A model generated the notes under the pieces. That model made no database searches. It saw only the letters and a list, made by a program, of their open reading frames with translations, and was not told where the DNA came from. From an uncultured Clostridia bacterium (GTDB taxonomy: Bacteria; Bacillota; Clostridia; Christensenellales; CAG-917): DNA of 64,000 nucleotides. The DNA lies in contig CALVTS010000004.1 in assembly GCA_944363035.1 (NCBI GenBank), forward strand, positions 601 to 64,600. Reading direction: 5' to 3'. The position numbers and the translations under genes were made by a program. Positions 19,497 to 33,430 of this stretch are shown piece by piece (the stretch's first letter is position 1; every line of letters begins with the position of its first letter).

Positions 19497-20170
19497 TGGA
19501 TATCGCCCGCCTCAAAGGATACTTGTTCGACCTTGACGGCACCTTGCTCGCCTCCACCCGCTTCTGGCATGAGGCATACGGCAAGGCGCTCGCGCGTTTC
19601 GGCGTGGAGATGCCCGCCGATTACGTTGAGCACGTCAATCACCTCAACATCGCTTCGGGCACGGCTTACACCGCCGAAAGATTCGGCATAGAGGGCGGCG
19701 CCGCAAGCGTGGAAAGAGTGTGGCGGGAACTGGCGGGAGACGCCTATGCGGAAGAGATAGAACTCACGCCACACGCAAAAGAGCTGCTTTATGCGCTGAA
19801 AAATGCAGATAAACACCTTGGTATTGCAACAGCGCTCGATCTCGAGCTTGCGCAAGCGTGTCTTGAAAGACACGGCGTATGGGGGCTTTTCGAGACATTC
19901 GTGACAGTGGGAGACGTGGGGAAGGACAAGAGTTCTCCCGCAGTATATCTTTCGGCGGCGGAGAGGCTCGGGCTGTCTCCCTGCGAGTGCGCGGTGTTCG
20001 AGGACGGCGAGACGGGTGCGCGTTCCGCTCATTCGGCAGGGTTCTTCGTGGCGGGGGTCGCGGACCCGTACAGCGGGAGCGATCCCGCGCATATGCGCGC
20101 CGTGTGCGACCGTTACGAAAAAGATCTCGGGGGTTATCTTGCCGACTTCGCGCCCTCCGTGCGGCGTTGA
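19496..20170 (+). CDS. HAD-IA family hydrolase (beta-phosphoglucomutase-like)
   Basis: DLDGTLL motif I. C-terminal FEDGETGARSAHSAG. ATG at 19496 overlaps the upstream TGA (alternative ATG at 19487). Confidence 0.8.
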   Translation: MDIARLKGYLFDLDGTLLASTRFWHEAYGKALARFGVEMPADYVEHVNHLNIASGTAYTAERFGIEGGAASVERVWRELAGDAYAEEIELTPHAKELLYALKNADKHLGIATALDLELAQACLERHGVWGLFETFVTVGDVGKDKSSPAVYLSAAERLGLSPCECAVFEDGETGARSAHSAGFFVAGVADPYSGSDPAHMRAVCDRYEKDLGGYLADFAPSVRR

Positions 20171-20211
20171 CCCGAGGCGTATTTTAAGTTAAGATATAGT
20201 CGGAGGGAGAT

Positions 20212-21132
20212 ATGTCCGACGTTCGTACGCCGTCCAAAGCAGGGTTCATCGCATTCGTCATATTGTCCGTCGCGGCTCTGATGACGGATTTCGCGTCCCT
20301 TGTGCTCGTCACCACATGGTTGAGGGGGACGGAGGCGGCGTATCCCGTATATGCGGTGGGCGCGGCTCTCACCCTCGCGGCGGCTGTCATCCTCATCGTC
20401 CGCCGAAAGGACATCGCGACCATCGCAAAAGACGCGATGCTTTCCGCAAAATTTTTTGCCTCTCTCAGGCGTTACAGCATTTTCGAGCGCGCCTTTTCGG
20501 ACTATGGTTGGCGCACCTTGCTCTCGGCGTTCATAGTGCTTGCGGGCAACATTGTCTATGTCAGCTATCTCATCTGGATGGCGGTTGCATACATCTCGCC
20601 GTGGTATGCCGCGCTCGCGGGATTCTACGCGTGGCTCGTCATCATGCGCGCGGGAGTGGTGCTCGCCGAAAGGCTCACGGCAAAGAGGGCGGGCACGTCC
20701 TCCGCTCCTCAGAAAGACAGACACATCATCGCCCTCGTCAACGGTGTTTTGCTCATAGTGGCGGGCGGCGTCATCGCCGCGCCCTCCGTGCAGATGTCGA
20801 TAGGGCTCTATCCCGAGGGTATGGGCGTCGCCGACGTGGTCGTCAACACCGTGTTCTCCTTTGTAAAATGCTCTTCGGCGGCGGTGCAGAGCGTGAGAGC
20901 GGCAGGCTATAAAGACCCCGTCACCCGAGAACTCAGAAATATAGGTCTCGTCACCGCTTTCATGTCCATGCTCATGTTGCAGACCACCATAATCGCGGTT
21001 TTCGCGCACGGCTACTCCATGTGGGAATATGTGGTGGGACTTGCCGTCATCGTCGCGACCTCCACCGTCGTCATGGGCGTAGTGTCCGTGGCTCGCAACG
21101 GATACGCCCTCACCCACGCCAAAGAGGAGTGA
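20212..21132 (+). CDS. Hypothetical polytopic membrane protein
   Basis: GGAGGGAG RBS, 306 aa, ~7 hydrophobic segments. No recognised motif. Confidence 0.6.
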   Translation: MSDVRTPSKAGFIAFVILSVAALMTDFASLVLVTTWLRGTEAAYPVYAVGAALTLAAAVILIVRRKDIATIAKDAMLSAKFFASLRRYSIFERAFSDYGWRTLLSAFIVLAGNIVYVSYLIWMAVAYISPWYAALAGFYAWLVIMRAGVVLAERLTAKRAGTSSAPQKDRHIIALVNGVLLIVAGGVIAAPSVQMSIGLYPEGMGVADVVVNTVFSFVKCSSAAVQSVRAAGYKDPVTRELRNIGLVTAFMSMLMLQTTIIAVFAHGYSMWEYVVGLAVIVATSTVVMGVVSVARNGYALTHAKEE

Positions 21133-21140
21133 GTAGGTAA

Positions 21141-21191
21141 AGCCCCCCGTTTACGGGGCAAAAGAAAACGCCGCCCGTTTGGGCGGCGTTT
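21141..21191. terminator. Tandem hairpins / bidirectional terminator between convergent genes
   Basis: GCCCC-ccgtttac-GGGGC, then AAAACGCCGCCC-gttt-GGGCGGCGTTT. Confidence 0.7.
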
Positions 21192-21204
21192 GCGTAACTC
21201 AGCA

Positions 21205-24813
<3,609 letters not shown>

Positions 24814-25020
24814 CTATCCCGAAAAGTTTTAGTCAATCAACTGCACTAAAATAAAATCGACTTGCGACTGTATTACGGTAAACATATATGCACGCGCGTG
24901 CGAAGATGTCCTCCCCGCGCCCTGTCTTTCCGAGGTCGCCTCGGGACGGCGGCGGGGATTTTCAGGGAAACGCGCAATCCGTTTTGCAATCCCGCCGAGG
25001 TGTGTTATACTTCTTGTATT

Positions 25021-25854
25021 ATGCCGCAGATAGAACTAATAAACGTCAGCTACTCTTACAGGACGGGCGAAGGTCAGTCGGTGCGCGCGCTCCGCAACGT
25101 CTCCTTTTCTGTGGAAAAGGGGGAATTCGTCGCGCTTGCGGGCATGAACGGGAGCGGCAAGAGCACTCTCGCCAAATTGCTCAACGGGCTCTTCGTGCCC
25201 TCGGCGGGGGATGTGGTCATCGACGGGATGAACACCCGCGACGAGGAGAGGACTTTCGACATCCGCAGAAAGGCGGGCATGGTGTTCCAGAACCCCGACA
25301 ATCAGATGGTCGCAACCATAATAGAGGACGACGTGGCTTTCGGACCGGAGAACCTCGGCGTCCCGCGCGAGGAGATGATCGAGCGCGTGGACAGGGCTCT
25401 CGACGCCGTGGGGATGCAGGAGTACCGCACCCGCAGCGCAAGCAAGCTCTCGGGAGGACAGAAACAGCGCGTCGCGATAGCGGGCGTGCTCGCCATGGAG
25501 CCCGAGATCATCATTTTTGACGAATCCACTTCCATGCTCGATCCCGAGGGACGAGCAGAGATAATGGATGTGGCGAAAAAGCTCAACGAGAAGGGCATCA
25601 CCGTCATCGCCATCACCCACAATATGGACGAGGCGGCGATGGCGGACAGGATCATCGTCCTGCGCAAGGGCAGAAAGGTGCTGGACGGCACCCCAAAAGA
25701 GGTGTTCGCCTCTCCCGAAGTGGAGGCGTGCGGGCTCGCTCTTCCCCCCGCGACGGAGCTCGCGAGGATGCTCTCGGAGCGCGGCTTCCGCTTTGACGGG
25801 ACTGTGACGGACGAGGAGGAATTGGTGGAGGGCATATGCTCGCAGTCGAACTGA
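25021..25854 (+). CDS. ecfA1: ECF transporter ATPase component EcfA1
   Basis: ATG at 25021 gives MPQIELINVSYSY. Walker A GMNGSGKST. Signature LSGGQKQR. Confidence 0.9.
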   Translation: MPQIELINVSYSYRTGEGQSVRALRNVSFSVEKGEFVALAGMNGSGKSTLAKLLNGLFVPSAGDVVIDGMNTRDEERTFDIRRKAGMVFQNPDNQMVATIIEDDVAFGPENLGVPREEMIERVDRALDAVGMQEYRTRSASKLSGGQKQRVAIAGVLAMEPEIIIFDESTSMLDPEGRAEIMDVAKKLNEKGITVIAITHNMDEAAMADRIIVLRKGRKVLDGTPKEVFASPEVEACGLALPPATELARMLSERGFRFDGTVTDEEELVEGICSQSN

Positions 25855-26738
25855 AAAAACTTTCCTACACTTATTCCGTCAAGACCCCCTTTGAAAAGCG
25901 CGCGCTGGACAACGTGGATCTCGCGATAGAAAAAGGGGAATTCGTCGGGCTCATCGGCGCGACGGGTTCAGGCAAATCCACCCTCATACAGCACCTCAAC
26001 GGACTTGTCAAGGTGCAGGAGGGGGAGGCGATGGTCGCCGGTATGAACGCCTCCGATAAGAAGACTCTCAAAAAACTGCGCTTCACCGTGGGGATGGTGT
26101 TCCAGTATCCCGAATATCAGCTCTTCGAGGAGACGGTGGCGAGAGACGTGGCTTTCGGTCCCAAGAACATGAAGCTGGAAAAGGAGGAGGTGGACCGCAG
26201 GGTGCGCCGCGCCATGGAGGTGGTGGGACTCCCTTACGAGGAATTTGCCGAGCGCAGTCCCTTCGAGCTCAGCGGCGGCGAAAAACGCCGCGCCGCGATA
26301 GCGGGCGTCATAGCCATGGAGCCCGAGATCCTCGTCCTGGACGAGCCCGTCGCGGGGCTGGATCCCGTCGGCAGACGCGAGATACTCGCCCTCGTGCGCA
26401 AATTGCACGAGGAGGTCAGCCCCACCGTCATCATGGTGTCTCACTATATGGACGACATCGCCGAGATGGCGGATAGGATAGTCGCTCTGAAAGACGGCAG
26501 AGTGGTCGCGGACGGGTCTCCCGCCGAGGTGTTCGGCGCAAGGGAGAAACTCGCGGCGGCGGGGCTTTCTCTCCCCACCGCCGCGCGCATAGCGGACAAA
26601 CTCGCGGCAAGGGGCATAGTCCTGCCCCGCACCATAGTCACGCCCGTCGCTCTCGCGGACGCGCTGGCGGAGCTAAAAGCCAAGCGCGCGGAAAAGGAAT
26701 CCGAGGACAGGGAAGGGGAGGAGGAAAAGGATGTTTAA
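25836..26738 (+). CDS. ecfA2: ECF transporter ATPase component EcfA2
   Basis: Walker A GATGSGKST. Signature LSGGEKRR. Overlaps the ecfA1 end. Confidence 0.9.
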   Translation: MLAVELKKLSYTYSVKTPFEKRALDNVDLAIEKGEFVGLIGATGSGKSTLIQHLNGLVKVQEGEAMVAGMNASDKKTLKKLRFTVGMVFQYPEYQLFEETVARDVAFGPKNMKLEKEEVDRRVRRAMEVVGLPYEEFAERSPFELSGGEKRRAAIAGVIAMEPEILVLDEPVAGLDPVGRREILALVRKLHEEVSPTVIMVSHYMDDIAEMADRIVALKDGRVVADGSPAEVFGAREKLAAAGLSLPTAARIADKLAARGIVLPRTIVTPVALADALAELKAKRAEKESEDREGEEEKDV

Positions 26739-27573
26739 GGATATAGCGTTCGGACAGTACTATCCCTCCGGCTCCGTCGTGCACCGCATGGACCCCCGCG
26801 CGAAACTCCTGCTCACCATACTCTTCGTGGTGGCGATATTCTTTGTCAACACCTATTTCGGTTTCATGCTCACTGCGGCGGTGCTCCTTCTCATCATCCT
26901 CATCGCCAAGCTCCCGATGCTCTCCGTACTGAAATCGGTGAGGGCGGTGCTGTTCATCGTGCTGTTTGCCGCAGTCATCAATCTTTTCATGATAAAAGAC
27001 GGCGAGATACTGTGGAGCTGGAAAGCGCTCCAAATCACCGATCAGGGTGTTCACACCACCATAAAGATGGCGTTAAGGCTGGTTTTGCTCATCAGCGGAG
27101 CTTCTCTGCTCACCCTCACCACCACTCCCGTGGAGGTGGCGGACGGCACCGAGAGCCTCATCAAGCCCCTCAAATATCTCAAAGTCCCCGTGCACGACAT
27201 AGCAATGATAATGAGCATCGCGCTGAGGTTCATCCCCACCCTTTTCGAGGAGACCAACAAGATAATCTCCGCGCAGAAAGCGAGGGGCGCGAGCTTTGAT
27301 ACGGGAGGGCTCGTGGCGAGAGCGAAGGCTCTGCTCCCCGTGCTCATCCCCCTCTTCGTCAACTCTTTCAGGCGCGCGGACGAACTCGCGTTCGCCATGG
27401 ACGCCAGGTGTTACAACGCCACGGAGAACCGCACCAAGATGAAGGTGATGAAGATAGGCGTCGCCGACATCGTCGGCTCCCTGTTCATCGCCGCATATTT
27501 CGTCGCGGTGCTTCTGGACAGATACTATTTCAACGGAGCGATGGACTCCCTGATCTTCGGAGGACTGGTGTGA
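26731..27573 (+). CDS. ecfT: ECF transporter transmembrane component EcfT
   Basis: 280 aa CbiQ-like membrane protein. ARGASF and FRRADELAFAMDARCY motifs. Operon position. Confidence 0.88.
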   Translation: MFKDIAFGQYYPSGSVVHRMDPRAKLLLTILFVVAIFFVNTYFGFMLTAAVLLLIILIAKLPMLSVLKSVRAVLFIVLFAAVINLFMIKDGEILWSWKALQITDQGVHTTIKMALRLVLLISGASLLTLTTTPVEVADGTESLIKPLKYLKVPVHDIAMIMSIALRFIPTLFEETNKIISAQKARGASFDTGGLVARAKALLPVLIPLFVNSFRRADELAFAMDARCYNATENRTKMKVMKIGVADIVGSLFIAAYFVAVLLDRYYFNGAMDSLIFGGLV

Positions 27574-28343
27574 GGTTCCGCGCGGTCATTTCATATTTCG
27601 GGAAGGAGTATGTGGGCTGGCAACGCCAGCTCAACGGACCCAGCGTGCAAGAGGCGCTGGAACGCGCTCTTTCCGAGACGTTCGGCGCGCCCACCCACGC
27701 CACCGCGAGCGGGAGGACGGACGCCGGCGTACACGCCGAGGGACAGGTCGTCCACTTTGACGCGGACACCGCCATACCCCCCGAAAAGATACCCTTTGCG
27801 GTCAATACCCGCCTTCCGGACGACATAAGTATGCTCTCGTGCGAACCCGTGAGCGAGGATTTCAACGCCAGGTTTTCGGCGAAAAGGAAGACATACCGTT
27901 ATGATATATACGTCTCCCGCCACCGCCGTCCCGTGCTGGAACAGACCCACGCGCACGTCGTCACCCCTCTTTCGCTCACGGCGATGCGCGCCTGCGCGGA
28001 CGCGATAGAGGGAGAGCACGATTTCAAGGGGTTCGAGGCGAGCGGTTCCGCAGTGAAGAGCACGGTGCGCACCGTGTATTCCATAGAACTGAAAGCGGAG
28101 GGCGCGGCGGAGGACGGGACTCTTTCGGAAGGGAGGCTTTCCGTCTATGTCACGGGCAACGGATTTTTGTACAACATGGTGCGCATAATAGCGGGCACCC
28201 TGGTGTACGCGGGGCAGGGCAAACTGAGCGTCGAGGACGTGGAGCGGGTGCTGGAAACAGGGGATCGCACCCTCGCGGGCAAGACTCTGCCTCCTCACGG
28301 GCTCACCCTTGTGAGCGTGGGATACGGAGAGGAAAAATGCTGA
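27570..28343 (+). CDS. truA: tRNA pseudouridine(38-40) synthase TruA
   Basis: GTG at 27570 overlapping the ecfT stop gives (M)RFRAVISYFGKEYVGWQRQ. Catalytic GRTDAGVHA. Confidence 0.9.
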   Translation: MRFRAVISYFGKEYVGWQRQLNGPSVQEALERALSETFGAPTHATASGRTDAGVHAEGQVVHFDADTAIPPEKIPFAVNTRLPDDISMLSCEPVSEDFNARFSAKRKTYRYDIYVSRHRRPVLEQTHAHVVTPLSLTAMRACADAIEGEHDFKGFEASGSAVKSTVRTVYSIELKAEGAAEDGTLSEGRLSVYVTGNGFLYNMVRIIAGTLVYAGQGKLSVEDVERVLETGDRTLAGKTLPPHGLTLVSVGYGEEKC

Positions 28344-28714
28344 CGGTAGGATTCGAAAAGGACGCGGCGACCCTTGAAAAACTTTATGCTGATCTTGGCA
28401 TATCCGAGCGGGTGAGCGGCGCGAATTTCGTGATGAGGGAGGACGGCGAGCCCGTCGGGCTCATGCGCGCCGAAATAGGCGATAATGTCACAATAACGCA
28501 TTTCAAGATAAAAAACGAGCAGATAAACCCCGGGGATAAGGAGTTCTTTCTGCGCGCGATGCTTTTCAAGTTTTCTCTCAATCCCATACCTCTCGCGGTG
28601 AAAGGGGAGCATCCCGAATTGCTTCGTTTCGGCTTTCGTTTCGAGGACGGCTATATGAGGCTGGATTCCTCAAAGGCGGATCTTCGCGGGGACTGCGAGG
28701 GAAAGAAGTCTTAG
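28337..28714 (+). CDS. Hypothetical protein (125 aa)
   Basis: GGAGAGGA RBS. Overlaps the truA stop. No recognised motif. Confidence 0.5.
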   Translation: MLTVGFEKDAATLEKLYADLGISERVSGANFVMREDGEPVGLMRAEIGDNVTITHFKIKNEQINPGDKEFFLRAMLFKFSLNPIPLAVKGEHPELLRFGFRFEDGYMRLDSSKADLRGDCEGKKS

Positions 28715-28874
28715 TAATTCCCTTGATTTTACGTTTTTTGTTTCTCGCGCGCGCTTGTCAAATGCGCGCATATGGTGTACCCTATATCCAATGGGGGCGC
28801 GAGTCCCCACGCGTTTCCTTTCCTCCTCGGGAGGGAGCGCAATCTCATTCGCGCTCAGCGCACACGGACAGGAT

Positions 28875-30506
28875 ATGACAAAAAGGACAGACATCCCCGC
28901 TCCCGCCAATTTCATCGAGGACATCATCGTCGAGGACCTCAAAAGCGGCAAGCACGACAAGATAATCACGCGTTTTCCGCCCGAGCCCAACGGCTATCTC
29001 CACATCGGGCACGCGAAAGCCATATGCATAAACTTCGGCATAAAGGAAAAATTCGGCGGCGAATGCAACCTCCGCTTCGATGACACCAACCCCGTCAAAG
29101 AGGACGTGGAGTATATGGAGAGCATAAAAGAGGACATCCGCTGGCTGGGGTTCGAGTGGGATCGCGAACTGCACGCTTCGGACTATTTCGGCAGAATGTA
29201 CGAGTGCGCCGTCAAGCTCATCAAAGAGGGCAAGGCGTACGTGTGCGATCTTTCCGCCGAGGAGATCCGCGCCACCAGGGGCACCCTCACCGAGCCCGGC
29301 AAGGAGAGCCCATACCGCGATCGCAGCGTGGAGGAGAACCTCAGGCTTTTTGCCGAGATGAAGGAGGGCAAATACGCCGACGGCGAAAAGGTGCTCCGCG
29401 CCAAGATAGACATGGCGTCCCCCAACATCAATATGCGGGATCCCGTCATATACAGGATCTGCCACGCCGAGCATCCCCACACGGGGACGGAGTGGGTGAT
29501 ATATCCCATGTACGACTTCGCGCATCCGCTCGAGGACGCGATCGAGGGCATCACGCATTCGCTGTGTTCCTTGGAATTCGAAAATCACCGCCCCCTCTAC
29601 GATTGGGTGACGGAAAACTGCGGTTTTGACCCTCGTCCCAGGCAGATAGAGTTCGCAAGGCTCAACCTCACCCACACCGTGATGAGCAAGCGTTTTCTCA
29701 AAAGGCTGGTGGACGAAAAGGTGGTGAGCGGCTGGAACGATCCCAGACTTTCCACCCTCTCGGGCATACGGGAGAGAGGGTATCCTCCCGAGGCGGTGAG
29801 GGATTTCTGCGGCAGGATAGGAGTCGCCAAGGCGGACAGCGTGGTGGACATCGCCATGCTGGAACATTGCGTCAGGGAGTATCTCAACGAACACGCCGTG
29901 AGGGCGATGGCGGTGCTCCGTCCCCTCAAAGTGGTGGTGGACAACTATCCCGAGGACGCCGAAGAGACGCTGACTTTGGAGAACGTTCCCCGCGACCCCG
30001 AGGCGGGCGTGCACGAGATGACCTTCTCCCGCGAGCTGTACATTGAAAGGGAGGATTTTTCTTTGGATCCTCCCCCCAAATATTTCCGTCTCAGACCGGA
30101 CGGCATGGTGAGGCTGAAAGGCGCGTACATCGTGCGTTGCGTCGGCTGTGAGACGGACGCGGACGGCGTCCCCGAGGTCGTGCACGTGGAATATATCCCC
30201 GGCACCCGCTCGGGCGAAGAGGGCGCGGGGATAAAAGTCAAAGGCACCGTGCACTGGGTCAACGCGCGCGACGCGGAGGATATCGCCGTCCATGTCTATG
30301 ACTATCTCATAAAAGACGGCGACGGGGACTATATGGACAGGCTGGACCCCGACTCCCACACCGTTCTTCACGGCAAGGCGGAGCGCTTCCTCGCGGGGGC
30401 GGCGAAAGGGGAGAGATTCCAGTTCCTGCGAGAGGGATATTTCGTCTCCAAAGGGGATGGCGAATTCAACTGCATCGTGGGACTGAAAGAGGGTTCAAAA
30501 CCCTGA
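28875..30506 (+). CDS. glnS: Glutamine--tRNA ligase
   Basis: ATG at 28875 gives [22 protein letters not shown] region [19 protein letters not shown]-like VMSKR. Confidence 0.9.
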   Translation: MTKRTDIPAPANFIEDIIVEDLKSGKHDKIITRFPPEPNGYLHIGHAKAICINFGIKEKFGGECNLRFDDTNPVKEDVEYMESIKEDIRWLGFEWDRELHASDYFGRMYECAVKLIKEGKAYVCDLSAEEIRATRGTLTEPGKESPYRDRSVEENLRLFAEMKEGKYADGEKVLRAKIDMASPNINMRDPVIYRICHAEHPHTGTEWVIYPMYDFAHPLEDAIEGITHSLCSLEFENHRPLYDWVTENCGFDPRPRQIEFARLNLTHTVMSKRFLKRLVDEKVVSGWNDPRLSTLSGIRERGYPPEAVRDFCGRIGVAKADSVVDIAMLEHCVREYLNEHAVRAMAVLRPLKVVVDNYPEDAEETLTLENVPRDPEAGVHEMTFSRELYIEREDFSLDPPPKYFRLRPDGMVRLKGAYIVRCVGCETDADGVPEVVHVEYIPGTRSGEEGAGIKVKGTVHWVNARDAEDIAVHVYDYLIKDGDGDYMDRLDPDSHTVLHGKAERFLAGAAKGERFQFLREGYFVSKGDGEFNCIVGLKEGSKP

Positions 30507-30570
30507 AAGCGGCTTGTCACACGCCAGAAACGGCGTTATAATGTGCTAATAAGAATTCGAGAGGTGAAGT

Positions 30571-31668
30571 ATGTTCACTTGTAAGGTGTGCGGGAGCGAA
30601 GTGGAACGCGGTCAGGCGTATTGCGCCACCTGCGGAGCCGAAGTGATCCGAAACTACGAAGTGAAATGTCCTGCCTGCGGCACCCGCAACAACGCGGGGA
30701 GCCGTTTCTGCGCGAACTGCGGAGAGCTCCTCGGGGTGCTCCGTCGTCCCGTGTGCGCCATTTGCGGAGAGGAGAATCTCCCCGGCGCGAAATACTGCTC
30801 GCATTGCGGCGCCCCCGTGGAGGATCCCGACAATCCCTTCACCCGCGAGGACGTGATGGAGATGCGCAAAAACAAGATGAACGCCGACCTCCTCGTCAAG
30901 GAGCGCATGGACGGCGCCGAAAAGGAGATCGCCCGCATGAAACGCCGCGTGGAGCGGGACAAGGCGAAGGCGATGCAGGACGTCGAGGACTATCGCCGCA
31001 AGACCAACGACGAGCTCACCAAACAGGCGGTCATGCTGGACGCCTACCGCGACAAGGTCAACGAACTGGGCTCCGAGGACGTGGCTCAGCTCAAAAAGCT
31101 GTCCGCCGCAGTCAGGAACTATTCCGCGTTCTACGCCGACCCCTTCTCGGCGGCGGAGAATATGGACGAATTGAAGGATCCTTTCGTGTGCCCCGTGTGC
31201 GGAGCGGTCAACGCTTCCGACGCGCTCAGGTGCACGCGTTGCGGACGTCTGCGCGCCCGTTCGGTGGAGCTTTTGGCAAAGGGCAAGATCAAGCAGTCCG
31301 CGCCCATACGCAAAAAGACCAAGGTGCTCACCGCGCCCGAAGAGGACCTTTCCTCTCAGCACACCCCGACCTTCGAGGAGTTCGCGGGGGAGGCGTTCAA
31401 GGAGGCGCAGACCAAACCCATAGAAAAAGCGGACGCAGAAAAGGAAGCCCCCAATTTCTCGGGAGCCCCGCATTTCGCGGGAGGAGCTTTCCCCTACGGC
31501 TATCCCTACGGCGCGCCCGTGTTCTACAACAAGGAGACGGGGGAGCCCTATCAGATGCCTCCCATTGTCCAGCCCGTGGCATTCGTCCCGTATGTCACGC
31601 AGGATCAGCCTTTGATGCAGTACGTCCCCGCAGACGAGTACGCCTCGGACGGCGACGCCAACAAGTGA
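30571..31668 (+). CDS. Multi-zinc-ribbon protein with coiled-coil middle and Pro/Tyr-rich C-terminus (unknown function)
   Basis: Four CxxC...CxxC ribbons near the N-terminus (CKVCG..CATCG, CPACG..CANCG, CAICG..CSHCG) and one more (CPVCG..CTRCG). C-terminal PPIVQPVAFVPYVTQD motif. Confidence 0.7.
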   Translation: MFTCKVCGSEVERGQAYCATCGAEVIRNYEVKCPACGTRNNAGSRFCANCGELLGVLRRPVCAICGEENLPGAKYCSHCGAPVEDPDNPFTREDVMEMRKNKMNADLLVKERMDGAEKEIARMKRRVERDKAKAMQDVEDYRRKTNDELTKQAVMLDAYRDKVNELGSEDVAQLKKLSAAVRNYSAFYADPFSAAENMDELKDPFVCPVCGAVNASDALRCTRCGRLRARSVELLAKGKIKQSAPIRKKTKVLTAPEEDLSSQHTPTFEEFAGEAFKEAQTKPIEKADAEKEAPNFSGAPHFAGGAFPYGYPYGAPVFYNKETGEPYQMPPIVQPVAFVPYVTQDQPLMQYVPADEYASDGDANK

Positions 31669-31669
31669 T

Positions 31670-32446
31670 ATGAAGGATTCTTTCGCGAAAAAGGATGTGC
31701 CGGTGGACGAAGCCGGCATAAGGCTCGCGCCGAAGCCCCTGGACGGCGCGTCGGAGAAGAGGATGCCTGCCGTAGTGCAGGATCTGGTCATCTCTCCCAG
31801 GCTGGAATATGAGGGCGAGGAGGAGGAGACAGCCTCCACCGCCTCGGACTATCAGCCTGCCGAAAGGGACGCGGGCAGACAGTGGAAGAGGATGGTGCGC
31901 ACCCGCAATTTCATCTCTTCCGTCATCATGCTGGTCGCTTCCGCCGCGGTGCTTTTGCCCTACATACTAGCGGCGGCGGGCGTGACGGCGCAGGACATCC
32001 CGTTCAAGCTCATTCCCGAGCGTTTCGACGTGATCTCGGGGTGGATAGACGCCTTCCGCGTCACCGCAGACGCGGGCTGGCAGGGGGAGATCGTAAAGTC
32101 CGTCTGGCTTGCGATGATCCCGGACATGATCCTGACCCTCGGGCTCATCGTCGTGATCGCGGGAGTGGTCAAGGCGGCGACGGGGCTCATGGGCGCGATA
32201 CGTCCCCGCAGATATACCGCGGGCGCGGTCGTCTATCTTCTCACGGTGGCGGCGGTGTTCATAGCCGCGCTCGTCGGAGCGGAGGAGATAGGGCTCCCTC
32301 GCATAGACTTCATGCAGGACTTCATCCGCGGCTGGGACAGCAGCGAATTTTTCACTCTGTTCGCGAGCGCGGGGATATACGTCGTATCCGCGGCGGTGTG
32401 CTCATTCATCACTCCTCTGCGCACGGGCTACACCAGAGTGCGTTAG
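31670..32446 (+). CDS. Hypothetical membrane protein (acidic N-terminus plus ~4 TM)
   Basis: Starts 1 nt after the upstream stop. Hydrophobic C-terminal two thirds. Confidence 0.6.
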   Translation: MKDSFAKKDVPVDEAGIRLAPKPLDGASEKRMPAVVQDLVISPRLEYEGEEEETASTASDYQPAERDAGRQWKRMVRTRNFISSVIMLVASAAVLLPYILAAAGVTAQDIPFKLIPERFDVISGWIDAFRVTADAGWQGEIVKSVWLAMIPDMILTLGLIVVIAGVVKAATGLMGAIRPRRYTAGAVVYLLTVAAVFIAALVGAEEIGLPRIDFMQDFIRGWDSSEFFTLFASAGIYVVSAAVCSFITPLRTGYTRVR

Positions 32447-32486
32447 AGACCCAATAGGTTGCGCCCATGCGGCGCACGGAGGAAAT

Positions 32487-33338
32487 ATGGCAAAGAAAGA
32501 AAGTCAAGTGTTCATACCCGAGCAGGAAACGCCTCCCGCAGCGTCTCCCGCCGAAGAACCCGTGCTTTACGAGAGCGAGGCTTACGGTTCTCCTCAGCCC
32601 GACGAGGGCGCGACCACCACGGTCATGAAGCCCGTGGGGATAGGCGGTCCCGTCCCCATAGTCGCGCCCAAACACAACACCATACAGCTCCAGCCCATAG
32701 TCGTGCCTCTCGCCGTCGTGCCATACATGACTCAGGACAGCGACATTCTGCGCACCGAGAGCGGGAGAAAGGGCGAGGACGCCGAAAACGCGGCTTCCGC
32801 GGCGGAATTCCAAAGGGCGGAACAGGCGACGAGACACCGCGCGCATTCCAAGGCGTGCAAGAGGGCGTTCTCGGCGGTGATGCTCTTCTTCTCCGCATTG
32901 ATGGTGGCGGCGTTCGTCACCTCCTACATAAAGCCCGAACTCGCGGCGGAATACGTCCTCTTCAAGGTGGACGTGATAGGGCAGATAAAGTTTTGGGTGG
33001 AATTCGGCGAGCCCGTGGACTACTGCGTCACCATAGTCAACGCGGTGGCGGCGGCGTGCGCGGCGGCGGGGTTCGTCATCGCGCTCTGTTCCCTCGCGCT
33101 CGGGAGATATCCGCGCAAGACTTTCATGTTGCTCACATTCCTTGCCGCGGCGGCATATGCGGCAGAGATAATATACGAAGTTGTCGAGGAGGTCTTCCTC
33201 CCCGACGCGAGCGTGGACGTGTTCACGATGCTTGCCATCGCGGGGACAGCGTTCATACTCTCGGTGATATTTGCCGCCGTCTGCATAAAGAGAGAGGACA
33301 GAGAGGACGTCATGCTCCGTTCGGACAGCGAGATATAG
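32487..33338 (+). CDS. Hypothetical membrane protein (Pro-rich N-terminus plus ~4 TM), architecture like 31670..32446
   Basis: GGAGGAAAT RBS. N-terminal QPIVVPLAVVPYMTQD motif shared with the C-terminus of 30571..31668. Confidence 0.6.
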   Translation: MAKKESQVFIPEQETPPAASPAEEPVLYESEAYGSPQPDEGATTTVMKPVGIGGPVPIVAPKHNTIQLQPIVVPLAVVPYMTQDSDILRTESGRKGEDAENAASAAEFQRAEQATRHRAHSKACKRAFSAVMLFFSALMVAAFVTSYIKPELAAEYVLFKVDVIGQIKFWVEFGEPVDYCVTIVNAVAAACAAAGFVIALCSLALGRYPRKTFMLLTFLAAAAYAAEIIYEVVEEVFLPDASVDVFTMLAIAGTAFILSVIFAAVCIKREDREDVMLRSDSEI

Positions 33339-33430
33339 CGGTCCCGAAACTCGCGCTCGGCGGACAGCGAGATACGCGGGGCGCTCGGCGAGCGCCCCTT
33401 TTCATAAATGATTAAGAGTAGAAAGAGAAA

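Noticed and set aside
28715-28874. T-box leader upstream of glnS (and upstream of alaS, 58679-58747)
   Set aside because: The regions are only ~160 and ~69 nt. No AGAGA/specifier-loop architecture or T-box sequence (..GGUGGNACCGCG..) is present. There are only short GC hairpins.
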